DNA of 64,000 bases, taken from positions 1 to 64,000 of the forward strand of contig CDROCS010004528.1 of the NCBI GenBank assembly GCA_977020255.1, written 5' to 3'. Both the position numbers and the translations under genes were made by a program. A model generated the notes under the pieces. The model made no database searches and was not told where the DNA came from. It saw only the letters and a list, made by a program, of their open reading frames with translations. Shown here in pieces: positions 52,201 through 61,945 of the stretch (positions are counted from its first letter, which is position 1; each line of letters starts with the position of its first letter). The DNA is from Obrimoposthia wandeli (taxonomy: Eukaryota).

Positions 52201-54054
52201 ATCGGTCGCTAGCTTGTTTTTTCCATCGCTCAACACAATTTCAAAGTTAGCATTAGAGTCATAAGGCGCTGTATTGTCTTCAAATAACGGTCTAATACCC
52301 ACCATCTTGTCATTTGGAATAACAAAACTATTTGCAACCCGACTCACCGGTCGCCCGCCACTATCTAACAAGCTTGTATACATCTTTAACTGTAATGGGG
52401 TTTTGGCTTTTTTCCAAAAGTGATCGGGAGTTATCGTTAACTCTCCCTTACTGTTAAGCTTGCTATCTGATAATGAGAAGCGACGGTTATAATTTGTAAT
52501 TTGTGGATTAGAAAAATAAAATTTTTCAAACCGTTTAAATGGATGAGCAGCTAAACTTGAAACCAGCTCACTTTGTAATGTGTTATCAGCAGCAGGTGCG
52601 CCATATAAATACTTACCTGTCACACTCACTTTATAAGCATCCGCTACTTGCAGGTACTCAGGAGACTCTAGTAACAGCTCCATGCGCTCAGGCAAAAAAT
52701 CTTCTACTTGAATACCAAAACGGGTATCTGCTTGGCCAGGTATTTGAGCACTAATACTCCACCCTCCAGTAGCAGCGTCCTTTGGCAGCTGCCATTGACT
52801 TGCATAATAGCCAAGTACATTTGGCCTTAAACGTTGCTCACTGGCTAAACGTCCATCAGGTTGTATTAATTTAAAGGTGACAACTTGCGCAGGCATTAAC
52901 TTACCATCACTATCACGCAATAAAGCACTAACAGTTACCGCTTCGCCTGGACGATACAGGTCTCGTTGTCCATAGAAAAATAAGTGCTGCGCTTTGTTAG
53001 TAACCCCTGATACTGGAAACTCTGATAGATCTAATTCTGGGCCGAACAATCTAACAATGGATGTGTCCCCATCGCGCATTGCTATTAATAAGCTAGATTT
53101 TTCTATCTTATCTTGAGCAAAACTTGCTGTCCCATCCGCAAGGCTTAATTGCTGGGCGATGACTTTACCATTCGCATTTAATAAACTTAGCTCAACTCCT
53201 TCTTTAGGTTTGGCTGTTGCTAAGCTGCTGACACTGACATCTGCTTGATCTTTATACAAACGCATGTGTACACCTATATCGCTAATCGCAAACCAAGTAG
53301 CGGGATGTGAATATTTGTATTCTCCAGCTTTGCGCATAATAGCGACATAAACGCCTTGTTGCTTTAGGGGAGTTATATCTTTGACAGGTAAATAGCTAGT
53401 TGCCGTTTGATTAGGCAACAATTTCAAATCAAAACGAGCGGTGTATACTAAATCCAACTTCTTTATGAAAGACTCTATTTCCCAAAATTCTTGCTGTCCC
53501 CGACGGGTATTTTGAGATAAAAAAGAAACCAGTAATGGCTGAGGCACCCGATAAAAATCTACATCCACATTACCCACATTCACCGAAATAACAGGCAACC
53601 CGTCTGTTAATGAACTCGCCAACAAGTTCCCGTTACCGGCAAAACCAAGCATAGGAGAAATAGGATCTATTTTTAAAGTAGCTTGTTTACTGGCGGATAA
53701 TAAGCCCCAGTTAGCAAAAGGTAACCCTTTTTCTACAGACACAACATAAGAATTATCAGGCTCAATATTAGTAAAGTACAAGACCTTCCCTTTATCATCT
53801 AATATCCAACTACCGGTTACTTTTTCACCTGCTTTTGTCTCTATATCAAGCCACTGATCGAGATCGACATCCCCTTTTATTGGAGCAGAAAAAGTGATAG
53901 CTGCGCTAATTCGGCCTTGCATGCTTTGCACGCTAATATCTAATACTGTATTTTGCTCAGTATTTTCACCGCTATTTGCCGCATAAACAGTTACGCCAGT
54001 AACTCCACCAAACAAAAGTGAGACACAAAGAGTAAAGGTTGATAGTAATTTCAT
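49201..54054 (-). CDS. yfhM: Bacterial alpha-2-macroglobulin, 1617 aa
   Basis: RDLYRPGE, YPYGCLEQ thioester motif, MG domains; paired with pbpC. Confidence 0.95.
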   Translation of the reverse strand: MKLLSTFTLCVSLLFGGVTGVTVYAANSGENTEQNTVLDISVQSMQGRISAAITFSAPIKGDVDLDQWLDIETKAGEKVTGSWILDDKGKVLYFTNIEPDNSYVVSVEKGLPFANWGLLSASKQATLKIDPISPMLGFAGNGNLLASSLTDGLPVISVNVGNVDVDFYRVPQPLLVSFLSQNTRRGQQEFWEIESFIKKLDLVYTARFDLKLLPNQTATSYLPVKDITPLKQQGVYVAIMRKAGEYKYSHPATWFAISDIGVHMRLYKDQADVSVSSLATAKPKEGVELSLLNANGKVIAQQLSLADGTASFAQDKIEKSSLLIAMRDGDTSIVRLFGPELDLSEFPVSGVTNKAQHLFFYGQRDLYRPGEAVTVSALLRDSDGKLMPAQVVTFKLIQPDGRLASEQRLRPNVLGYYASQWQLPKDAATGGWSISAQIPGQADTRFGIQVEDFLPERMELLLESPEYLQVADAYKVSVTGKYLYGAPAADNTLQSELVSSLAAHPFKRFEKFYFSNPQITNYNRRFSLSDSKLNSKGELTITPDHFWKKAKTPLQLKMYTSLLDSGGRPVSRVANSFVIPNDKMVGIRPLFEDNTAPYDSNANFEIVLSDGKNKLATDNLQVKLIRERRNYHWLYTDSQGWTSDYTERHYTVMRKDIQIKAGELTSVSLPVDWGYYRLEVTNPQTNIVTGYKFRAGWDADETVMAGRPDRIGLALNQQHYKVGDTVEVQIKAPAAGRGYLLVESDKALYRQLVEIPEQGKTVSFKVQEGWSSHDLYVSVLLIQPGANREEKLPRRMMGIAPLRLDREARNLQVRIDTPDKILPDTQLIVPIQVLENKGEVPAKGPVQVTLAAVDVGILNISRFETPDPFKGFFEQRAYGVSARDSYSDLINAEKGVIAQLKFGGDSDVAQGGEADPDVQIVSLFSGVVDVNANGEATVTLSIPNFNGRLRLMAVAFAEQSYGASEKDIEVAAPVVAQLTKPRLMRAGDESQLALDLNNLSGSAQQLALNLSLGKGLRFITGDEQSKAEESQKLTVTLAKGEKKTLYFPIVASADYRSVEIDLTLNNVVLEGSQQILALNRHWQLSISPAWAKTDRQWQKVLSSGQSFNLAASELEAMLNSSLSGSLNVSNQPPLDIANHLSALKAYPYGCLEQTTSGVFPQLYINDQLLAQLGIKGSTAQARRAAVNKAIQRLQTMQRSSGGFGLWSSQSPEEHWLSVYVVDFLLRAKEAGYQVPGANLKKALRTLATYLRSPNKISSYYEDINSQTKFAVRAYAAQVLARINQAPLSILRTMYDRKRDNATPMALLQLGLALQQAGDKKRAEQALHTASLRVDDYGKDDIYYSSVVRDLALSNFWLLEKNAATQTWQPLLIALVQALESRRWLSTQERNALFLLAKELKSLKGSTLNLAWELAGEKVEQTLQRLEVTLSNSELSQAIQVRNNSEQNAYLNLRASGYTQYAPKALNNKLQVERTYYDLDGNRFIADKIRSGEKLIVELAVKSEQRLRHAMLVDLLPAGLEIENQNLADSYDQTDLKVQGNSISDIMYDLSIAHQEYRDDRFVMAIDLPRKRLVRVYYLVRAVSPGTYNVPPTFAEDMYRPEIRHQGASAGKITVLAR

Positions 54055-54077
54055 ATGTCGTCTATCCTTTTCAACAA

Positions 54078-54230
54078 AATAAAGATTTCCGGGCCAAGCC
54101 CTCTCGCTACATTCGACTTCACTTCGTGAAGCGGAGTATTTCTAGTGACTTTTTGTGCTAATAAGTTCACGCCTTCAGATGCGGGTAATTTACCCTTGAT
54201 GATTTAGGCTACACCTAATTCATCTCTATT
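54078..54230. repeat. Dispersed intergenic repeat, copy 3 (best preserved)
   Basis: aataaagat...atctctatt near-inverted termini; internal hairpins cttcac-ttc-gtgaag, gggtaa-t-ttaccc and ttagg-ctaca-cctaa. Confidence 0.8.
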
Positions 54231-54319
54231 AACCGTGTTTATTTTCATGCTAATAAATAATTTATATTACTTGATCCACAGCATCATAATGCTACAAAAA
54301 ACGCATTTTTATGTATCTA

Positions 54320-55528
54320 TTATTCAACAGGTTCTCCCTCTACAGGCTCTTGAACCATCACCTGAAAAAAGAACACTGAGAGTATCGCGCAAACTACCAT
54401 GCATATGACCATCGGCATAACCGAACCATTATGGAAAAAGCCCACCACAAAGGTTGCCACTGCCGCTAGTGATAGTTGTATAAATCCCGCTAGCCCAGAA
54501 GCCGTTCCTGCCAATTTAGGCTCGACGCTTAATGCTCCTGCCATACCATTAGGTATAGCAATTCCGTTAGAACATGCGATTAAAGCCATCGGTGCAAATA
54601 AGTATATAGGTTTATCTATGCCTGTGTAGCTAAAATAGATCAATAAGCAGGTACCAAGCATCAACACAGCACAGCCTGTTTTTAAAATAATACTGCTTGA
54701 AACTCTCGTCGCAAAACGCCCTGATATAAAATTACCGAGCATATAGCCACAAGAAACCATTATAAAATAAAAACCGTACTCACTCGGTAGTAAGTTTAAA
54801 ATCTTAGTCGAAAAAAATGGAGCTCCGGCTATAAACGCAAAAAAAACTGCCGAGCCAAAAGAAGTGCCTAAAACATAACCCAGATACTGCCGCCTAATGA
54901 TTAATATTTTATATTTTGAGAAGATATTATTTAACTTCATATCACTCACTAAAGAATGATTGGTCTCATGTAATTTAACGCCACTAAAGACAAGTAAAAT
55001 AAAACCAAGTAATGACACTAAATAAAAGCTTGCTCTCCAGCTGTACCATTGATCTAAATACCCACCAACAATTGGCGATAGCATAGGAGCTACAGCCATA
55101 ATCATGGTCATATACCCCAAGATGCTCGTGCCTTTTTGTTGATCGTAAAGATCTCGCACAATTGCTCTGGTAATGACAATGCCGGCACAACCACCAGCCG
55201 CTTGCATAATTCGGCCAAATATTAGCTGCTCTATATTAAATGCAAAGGCGCAACCCAAACTGGCTAAAACATAAACACTTACACCAATTAAAATCACTGG
55301 TCTGCGCCCGTATTTATCGGATAATGGACCTAATATCAGCTGTGAAAATGCAGTCGCTACCAAGTAAAGAGTCAAGGTTAATTGGGCGATATCATGACTG
55401 GTATTTAACGACTCTGTAAGGTTGGGCATAGAGGGCAAAAAGATATTTAATGCCACAGGACCAATAGCGGACAATACAATAAGTATTGCAATATGCGGCT
55501 TTAATACAGCCTGAGTAGGAGCGTTCAT
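54320..55528 (-). CDS. Bcr/CflA-family MFS drug efflux transporter
   Basis: GPLSDKYGRRPV, GRIMQAAGG, PIVGG. Confidence 0.92.
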   Translation of the reverse strand: MNAPTQAVLKPHIAILIVLSAIGPVALNIFLPSMPNLTESLNTSHDIAQLTLTLYLVATAFSQLILGPLSDKYGRRPVILIGVSVYVLASLGCAFAFNIEQLIFGRIMQAAGGCAGIVITRAIVRDLYDQQKGTSILGYMTMIMAVAPMLSPIVGGYLDQWYSWRASFYLVSLLGFILLVFSGVKLHETNHSLVSDMKLNNIFSKYKILIIRRQYLGYVLGTSFGSAVFFAFIAGAPFFSTKILNLLPSEYGFYFIMVSCGYMLGNFISGRFATRVSSSIILKTGCAVLMLGTCLLIYFSYTGIDKPIYLFAPMALIACSNGIAIPNGMAGALSVEPKLAGTASGLAGFIQLSLAAVATFVVGFFHNGSVMPMVICMVVCAILSVFFFQVMVQEPVEGEPVE

Positions 55529-55826
55529 TATTTCTCAATTTATTAACGATATTTAGCTGCGCTCTAAATATCTAAGAGTAAAACCCCATATTTATTGGTA
55601 AGTAGGTGCACCAAAGGAGTTATTTATACTTAACAGTATGTAAATTTAATACACAAAGGATAGTGGCTTTCGTCAATCCATGAACTGCCAAATTAATCTG
55701 ATTTAAAAATTTTAAATTGTTATCAGCGACACAAGCTAATAATTATTGGAGGGAATTAATATCACATACTCAGTAACAATAAGCAATTAATTTAAACTTA
55801 AAGAAAAGCTCGCATAAGAATCTTAG

Positions 55827-56570
55827 CTATTCGCTTTCAGGGGCCATACTTCTAACGTGATCTAGCGCTTTTTGTAACCTATCAATAATCTTCTGTTCTG
55901 TTTTTAAACTGAAGGCATAATAAAGCTCCGATTCGCTTAAAGTATAAACAGATTCATAATCTTCAACATTCATATTATTACGCTTAAAAAACAAGCGTGC
56001 GGAGTTCTCTTCATAAGCCCAAAGGTCGATACGGTTACGCTCTAACATTTTAGCCAGAGATTTTGCATAAGGCGTCGTCAATACATTTGCATCAAATTCA
56101 ACTAGCTGCCTAACCATCTGTATTCCAATATCATCGAGTATACCTCCGATAAAATATTGGCTTAATTGCTTTGCATCTGTAATGCGAATGTTACTGCTTT
56201 TTTTAGCAATTAATACAATTTTTGTCGCAGTAATGGGCCCGACCCATTTAAACAAATTTTCGCGCTGTGGTGTACGAGTCATTGAAAACAGTAAAATATT
56301 ACTGCCCTTTTGCACTTGCCTATAAGAGCGTGGCCAAGGCTGCACTCTTATACTTGCTGGGTTTAGCTCAATACCCGCTTGAGCATACGCTTTGATTAAC
56401 AGATCTACAGACGTTCCTTGTATTACACCATTGTCCCCTACATAGTTGTAAGGAGGATATTCTTCTGTAAGTATTAATATATTTTCAAGGGATTTTTGTG
56501 CAGCGCTAACCGAGGAGACTAAACTAAAAGTAGTAAGCAGTAATACAAAATAGACCGACAGTCTTTTCAT
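55827..56570 (-). CDS. ABC-type periplasmic substrate-binding protein (family 3)
   Basis: TEEYPPYN, PWPRSY, RENLFKWVGP, RIDLWAY. Confidence 0.88.
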   Translation of the reverse strand: MKRLSVYFVLLLTTFSLVSSVSAAQKSLENILILTEEYPPYNYVGDNGVIQGTSVDLLIKAYAQAGIELNPASIRVQPWPRSYRQVQKGSNILLFSMTRTPQRENLFKWVGPITATKIVLIAKKSSNIRITDAKQLSQYFIGGILDDIGIQMVRQLVEFDANVLTTPYAKSLAKMLERNRIDLWAYEENSARLFFKRNNMNVEDYESVYTLSESELYYAFSLKTEQKIIDRLQKALDHVRSMAPESE

Positions 56571-56654
56571 AATATATTTACCCGTCCAAGTGTTTCAATA
56601 CATTTTTACAAATGACCTTCTACTTAAGCTTAGCAGAACATTTTTGATTTGTTG

Positions 56655-58214
56655 CTAGTCTTTTGACCTAACTCTCACACCTTTGTCAGTCAAAACTCGC
56701 TGCATTTTCCTTGAAACCTGATCGAGTATTACATTTAATGCCGCTGTTAATATGAGTAAAGCGAATGCTCGATCAAAACGTAAGTCCTCAAAGGCTGAGT
56801 CAATATAAAAACCTAACGTTGTAATTCCTAGCATGCCTAAGATAGCACTCTCGCGCAAAATAATTTCAGATCGGTACATTAACAGTGATATGAAGTTCAT
56901 ATATATTGAAGGTAAATACTGATACAAAAATTCACTAAAACTAATCGACAATTTGATATTTTTACCCGCTTTATTAACCAACATTGTAGATCTCAATTGG
57001 CGCTCCAGCAGGAACCCAATCAAACCACTATTGTGTATAGCTAAGGCTATGACGGCGGGCAGCATTGATGGGCCAAATATTAGTAACAATATAAATGCGA
57101 GCACATACTCAGGCGTAGAGCGCATAACTAAAAGAAAACACCCTCCAAGCTTATCAGTGCTCCAATAACGCTGCATCGCAACTAAGATAGGCAATAAAAG
57201 AACACAAAAAACAGCAGTACAGGCAACAGCCATGACAGTTAACAACACAGTATTTAACATGCCCTCAATTGCCTGTTTTTCTAACAACTCAGCTAGCCAG
57301 CTTAAATAATTTTGCATCTTCTCAAAAAAAACAAGGCTCTCTTCACGTACCACACGCGGCCAGATATCTTCTGTGAAAAACCTGATTATATTGTCACTAT
57401 TATTAACAAAGTCAGTGGTAGGCACAAAATAACCTGCTAGTAGCAAATAAACAGGTAATAAATAGAGCTTCATCCAATATTTCATACTCGCTATTAACAA
57501 GTAAAACCCTAATAACAAGGCCCCAGCATAACTGTAATCACCCTGTTTAAATGCGATCTCTAAATGAAAGCCTATCGTAGGCAAACCAACAAAACCAAGT
57601 ACAGCACTACTTCTCACACCGCATTCGAAGCGATACCTCAGATAACTACTCATCTGCGTCCAAACTTGAGGAAATAACACATAAATAAAGTAGCTAAATC
57701 TGGCAGCATTGAGTTTGTCTATATACTGTAAACTTATTGGAGCCTGCTGATAAATATCATCAAAGACGCGTGCAAAGGTACAAGCGTAGGGTATGGCTAT
57801 AGCTAAAATGGCACTGGTGGCTGAAAGCCCGAACAATTGGATGAATATGAGCGCCCAAAACAGTTCATGAATTGCCCTAAATGCCGCGCACAATACTCGA
57901 ACAATTGGTAAGTGATAAAGTAGAGATAAAAACAAACCGAATACTACCGAGACACTTACCCCTAAAAGAGCAAAGCATACGGTATACACAAGATTGTAAT
58001 AAAACGTTGAGTAATCAGTAATTTCAGGCTGTATCAGCCCGACCAGCATCTCATATAACTGCTGCCAGGGGTTTGAGGCGGATATCCCTATATCGGAAAT
58101 CATTGCGCCAATGATCCCTAATACAATAATAATAAAACTAAAATTGCGCAGCTTAATGCCGTCGCTTTTACCTAACAGTGACGACCTTGGTATTTTATGC
58201 TCAAATGACCTCAC
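56655..58214 (-). CDS. PhnE/PtxC-like ABC permease (two fused TM domains)
   Basis: RAIHEL.WAL, YRFECGVRSSAVLGFVG repeated as YRSEIILRESAILG. Confidence 0.88.
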   Translation of the reverse strand: MRSFEHKIPRSSLLGKSDGIKLRNFSFIIIVLGIIGAMISDIGISASNPWQQLYEMLVGLIQPEITDYSTFYYNLVYTVCFALLGVSVSVVFGLFLSLLYHLPIVRVLCAAFRAIHELFWALIFIQLFGLSATSAILAIAIPYACTFARVFDDIYQQAPISLQYIDKLNAARFSYFIYVLFPQVWTQMSSYLRYRFECGVRSSAVLGFVGLPTIGFHLEIAFKQGDYSYAGALLLGFYLLIASMKYWMKLYLLPVYLLLAGYFVPTTDFVNNSDNIIRFFTEDIWPRVVREESLVFFEKMQNYLSWLAELLEKQAIEGMLNTVLLTVMAVACTAVFCVLLLPILVAMQRYWSTDKLGGCFLLVMRSTPEYVLAFILLLIFGPSMLPAVIALAIHNSGLIGFLLERQLRSTMLVNKAGKNIKLSISFSEFLYQYLPSIYMNFISLLMYRSEIILRESAILGMLGITTLGFYIDSAFEDLRFDRAFALLILTAALNVILDQVSRKMQRVLTDKGVRVRSKD

Positions 58215-58903
58215 AAATACAATGGCTCAAGATCAGCCAAGCTAACATCTTTTGACTGAGCATCTATCATCACACACCCTTGTTTTAAACCAATAATGCG
58301 ATCAAAGCAATCTAACGCTAATCCTCTATCATGCAATGCCACTATATTAGTGGAGTGACGTTGTAAAATTTCCTCTAATACGTGTTTAGCAATCACAGGA
58401 TCAAGGCTAGAAACCGGCTCATCTCCTAAAAAAACATCGCGCTTTTGATAGAGAGCTCTAGCGACAGCTATTCTTTGTTGCTGCCCTCCAGATGTTTTAT
58501 TTACAGATAGGGGTAAAAACTCAGCCACTTGTAAGGAAGCCGCTATCGCGCTGATTTCTTTGAACGAGCTTTTGTTGGGCGTTATTAAATTTATTACATT
58601 ACGCCAAACACTGTACTCAGCAAGTCTCGCTAAATAAATATTGTTATAACAGCTAAGTCCTTTAATTAACTGCTTATCTTGAGTGCAATAAGCTGTTTGA
58701 GTAGGTTGCTGCTCATATAAAACATTCAACAATGAGGATTTACCTACGCCGCTTTTTCCTATTAAAGCGACGTTCTCTCCTTTTTCAATGCTAATATTCA
58801 CTCGTTTAAGTACTAATTTTCCTGCAGGGGCTATCCCTTTAGCAAAGCCTTTTTTAGTACTGACATCATATGACAGTGAAAAATCTTTTAATTCAAACAG
58901 CAT
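58211..58903 (-). CDS. ABC ATP-binding protein (PhnC-like)
   Basis: GKSGVGKS, SGGQQQR, DEPVSSLDP. Confidence 0.92.
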   Translation of the reverse strand: MLFELKDFSLSYDVSTKKGFAKGIAPAGKLVLKRVNISIEKGENVALIGKSGVGKSSLLNVLYEQQPTQTAYCTQDKQLIKGLSCYNNIYLARLAEYSVWRNVINLITPNKSSFKEISAIAASLQVAEFLPLSVNKTSGGQQQRIAVARALYQKRDVFLGDEPVSSLDPVIAKHVLEEILQRHSTNIVALHDRGLALDCFDRIIGLKQGCVMIDAQSKDVSLADLEPLYL

Positions 58904-58934
58904 CTATAGCGAGCCTTTAAACTGGTATGTATCG

Positions 58935-59819
58935 TTAAGGCTGCATCAAATCTAGCAGTACAGCGGTTTCTTTAATCGCTTTATAATCCTCATTACTGGC
59001 TTTAATAAAACTGGATCGCGGAAACTGGCTAAGCAGATTAGGATCTTTCATGTCTATCAAGGCTTGCTGTACTTTTTTAGAAAAGCCATCGCCATATGTC
59101 TGATCAACATTGGCACGAATCGTCCATTGATAATCAGTGTATTGCGGTGTTTTCCAAATCACGCTTACCTTTTCTAAGTCTATTTTCCCAGCACTTAGCA
59201 TACTATCCCATACTTTATAATTCACAGCGCCTACTTGAAAAGCACCCGCTTGAACTTGTGTGACAGTTAAGTTGTGATCTCCACTAAATCCAACTGCTTT
59301 AAAAATAGACCTTGGATCCTTTTTTAAATGCTCTCGAATATAGTATTCAGGCATCAATCTACCCGAAGTAGAGCCTTTGCTTCCAAAGGTAAACGTTTTA
59401 CCACTAATCTCCAGTGGGAATGTGTTAGAAGCTTTTAGCCCTGTACTGTAATGCGCAATAAAATAGCTGCTAAACTGACGATCTTCTGCTCCTTGAGCGA
59501 TTGCCTGCGAGCCAGGTACCATTTGCCTTGCTCTCGCACCGGATAGCCCTCCGAACCAAGCAAGCTGTACTTCGTTGTTACGAAACGCACTAATAGCAGC
59601 AGCATATGATTTTACCGGGATATACTTAACATCTACATTGAGTGTCTGTGCTAGGTAATCAGCCACTCTTTGAAAACGCAATTTTAATTTACTTTGATCT
59701 TGATCGGGAATCGCTGTAAATGTAAGTACTTTTCGCTCATTTGCCGTTGCTACGCTTACTTGCATCGCCAACGCACAAATAACGACTAAAATTACTGTGT
59801 GGATAGACTTAAAGATCAT
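58935..59819 (-). CDS. PhnD-like substrate-binding protein (family often annotated putative selenate ABC SBP)
   Basis: FTAIPDQ, AWFGGLSG, FTFGSKGSTSGRLMP, FSGDH, DYQWT. Confidence 0.88.
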   Translation of the reverse strand: MIFKSIHTVILVVICALAMQVSVATANERKVLTFTAIPDQDQSKLKLRFQRVADYLAQTLNVDVKYIPVKSYAAAISAFRNNEVQLAWFGGLSGARARQMVPGSQAIAQGAEDRQFSSYFIAHYSTGLKASNTFPLEISGKTFTFGSKGSTSGRLMPEYYIREHLKKDPRSIFKAVGFSGDHNLTVTQVQAGAFQVGAVNYKVWDSMLSAGKIDLEKVSVIWKTPQYTDYQWTIRANVDQTYGDGFSKKVQQALIDMKDPNLLSQFPRSSFIKASNEDYKAIKETAVLLDLMQP

Positions 59820-60217
59820 AATAAATGCTCAATAGAATAAAAAGCGCACACTATAGCAGATAATTTAAAATGACTAACATTGTTACACCAAGATTTTTAA
59901 CGGGTGTTCGTCCCGAAACGAGCCCGTTGCGAGATTGGCTCAATGGTTCTGGATGGACACTAACTATTCGAGCTCTATCATATAGCGTAGTTTTTATACA
60001 ATAAGAAAATATCGATCATGATTGACCTTTATCAATTCCCATAAATTTAATTATCACAACTAGCTATTTTGATAAATTTCACTTATCGAATGATAGATCC
60101 TTTTGAGTTGTCTACTTACTATTGATTTCCCATAATAAAGGTCACTATAAAAACTATACTCAATGCTGATACCGTCAGCAGCAAAACTGCTAATTGCAGT
60201 GACGAGGGCTTATCCTA

Positions 60218-61945
60218 ATGACAATAAACACCATACTTAACGAAGAACTTCGTGGTGAAAACGCTCTGCCTATGCGACCTATTGAGCAGGTAATGAACTT
60301 AGAGCGACTCGGCGCTGCGCACCAAAGTAGATTGAGTTTTATGCGTACTTTAATTAGACGTATCATGCGAGAACGCTGGCAGATTAATGCGTCGTTACAA
60401 CAGCTAGATGCTAACGGCTACGGCACTGTTATCTATTCAATCACCACCGCTAAACGTCGCTATAGTTTTGTGATTTTTTCCAACTACCTCTCTGATGAAG
60501 AACGTAATGATCGGGTAATTGCCAGTAAGTGGGATCTAACAATGGCGCTAGTTGATGGAGATGTAGATGATGCATACCTGTCCATGCTACGTGAAAATGT
60601 CCCAAAACAAGAAGCAGGAAGAGTTGACTCGCGAGTATTTGTACTTTCACGAGCCAATAGAAGCGCTCGTAATTTTGAATATGTCATTGATAAATTAAGC
60701 AAAGGCGAGCAACCTGCAACCGCCAAAATTGCCCAAGTCGGTTATTTATATCGCACTACTGCTGTCTATGGCAGTGGTAAACTAGGTATGGCTGATTGGG
60801 AAAAAGTAGCCAGTCGCTACCATGATTTCGCCAGCCCGTTTTGTGCTGAGATGTTTGTTTGCCTAATGCTACGTAATTTCAGCTTTGCTCAAGTGGAGCA
60901 TATCGCTAAACATCGCGATCCAGAGCGTTATCAGGCTATGCAGCTGGATATCAAGCGCTTTTTTGGTATTGGTAATTCAACTGGGCTGGGCATGGCGCCT
61001 TATTTGATCAACCACCCGCAACTCATTAACCGCTTAATAGAAATGCGTGAGCTGGCCTTTGCCCGTGTTAGGGTGCTAGCTGATATCACACCTTACGCTG
61101 CACAGCGCTTTTTACAATTAATAGAACGCTGTCATGTACACACCTTGCAGACCGTCACAGAAGATGAGTGGCAAACCCAAAACAACAAACTGTTAATTGA
61201 AGATTTAGCCCATTTAGCCGAACAGTTTAATCAAGGGATAGATGACTGGAATCAGCTGATTAATATCAGTGAGCTGCATTGCTCTTTGCAAGGGCAAGAA
61301 ATCCTTGTCTCTATTTTATTAGAGCTGTACCCAGAGTTAGTAGATGAGCTAGAAAACCATTTAACTGTAGATGAATCATTAGATTTAGACCCGCTAATGA
61401 GCACCACCAATTTAAAACGCTTAATTGAGCAGCGCTATGCATGGGCACTGGCGTATGACTTTAGCCAACCCGAAGCCAAAGGTACATTCTGGTATCGCTC
61501 CCAAGAGAAAATGGAGCCGCGCTTAGGCCAAGCGGGTGCTGAGCCTGGCAAAGAGAAAGAAATGCCGCTGGGCATCGCATATGCCGTACGTAAATGCTAT
61601 GACGCATTGTCAGTTTACAATGAGAGTAACCCGACCAGTCAAGTATCAAACTTTATGATCGATCAGCCAAAATATCGCAGCATCGTGCGTCGTATTCAAA
61701 GTATGAGCAAATGCTTCTATGGTGATATACAAGCGAACTTATTAGGCAACGATATTCTACCTATGCACATGCTACGCAGTAAACTGGCTTTCTTTGGTGT
61801 CGGCAAGTTTGACCCGCGCTCGAAGCTATGGGTACGCAACACCATGTTCCAAGGTGCTCCTTTGTTAGAAGATATTGGAAAGAGCTTTAATGACGATTGG
61901 TTCATGCCACTTGCCCCAAGCAGCAATGAGACAGGAGAAATATAA
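60218..61945 (+). CDS. Conserved hypothetical protein, 575 aa
   Basis: Long intact ORF (HQSRLSFMR, RANRSAR, GIGNSTGLGMAP, EEPR-like MEPRLG); TAATG-coupled to the next gene; no function recognised. Confidence 0.85.
   Translation: MTINTILNEELRGENALPMRPIEQVMNLERLGAAHQSRLSFMRTLIRRIMRERWQINASLQQLDANGYGTVIYSITTAKRRYSFVIFSNYLSDEERNDRVIASKWDLTMALVDGDVDDAYLSMLRENVPKQEAGRVDSRVFVLSRANRSARNFEYVIDKLSKGEQPATAKIAQVGYLYRTTAVYGSGKLGMADWEKVASRYHDFASPFCAEMFVCLMLRNFSFAQVEHIAKHRDPERYQAMQLDIKRFFGIGNSTGLGMAPYLINHPQLINRLIEMRELAFARVRVLADITPYAAQRFLQLIERCHVHTLQTVTEDEWQTQNNKLLIEDLAHLAEQFNQGIDDWNQLINISELHCSLQGQEILVSILLELYPELVDELENHLTVDESLDLDPLMSTTNLKRLIEQRYAWALAYDFSQPEAKGTFWYRSQEKMEPRLGQAGAEPGKEKEMPLGIAYAVRKCYDALSVYNESNPTSQVSNFMIDQPKYRSIVRRIQSMSKCFYGDIQANLLGNDILPMHMLRSKLAFFGVGKFDPRSKLWVRNTMFQGAPLLEDIGKSFNDDWFMPLAPSSNETGEI

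Noticed and set aside
46915-54054. Alpha-2-macroglobulin + pbpC as a novel defence system
   Set aside because: A well-known conserved pair with no unusual features here.
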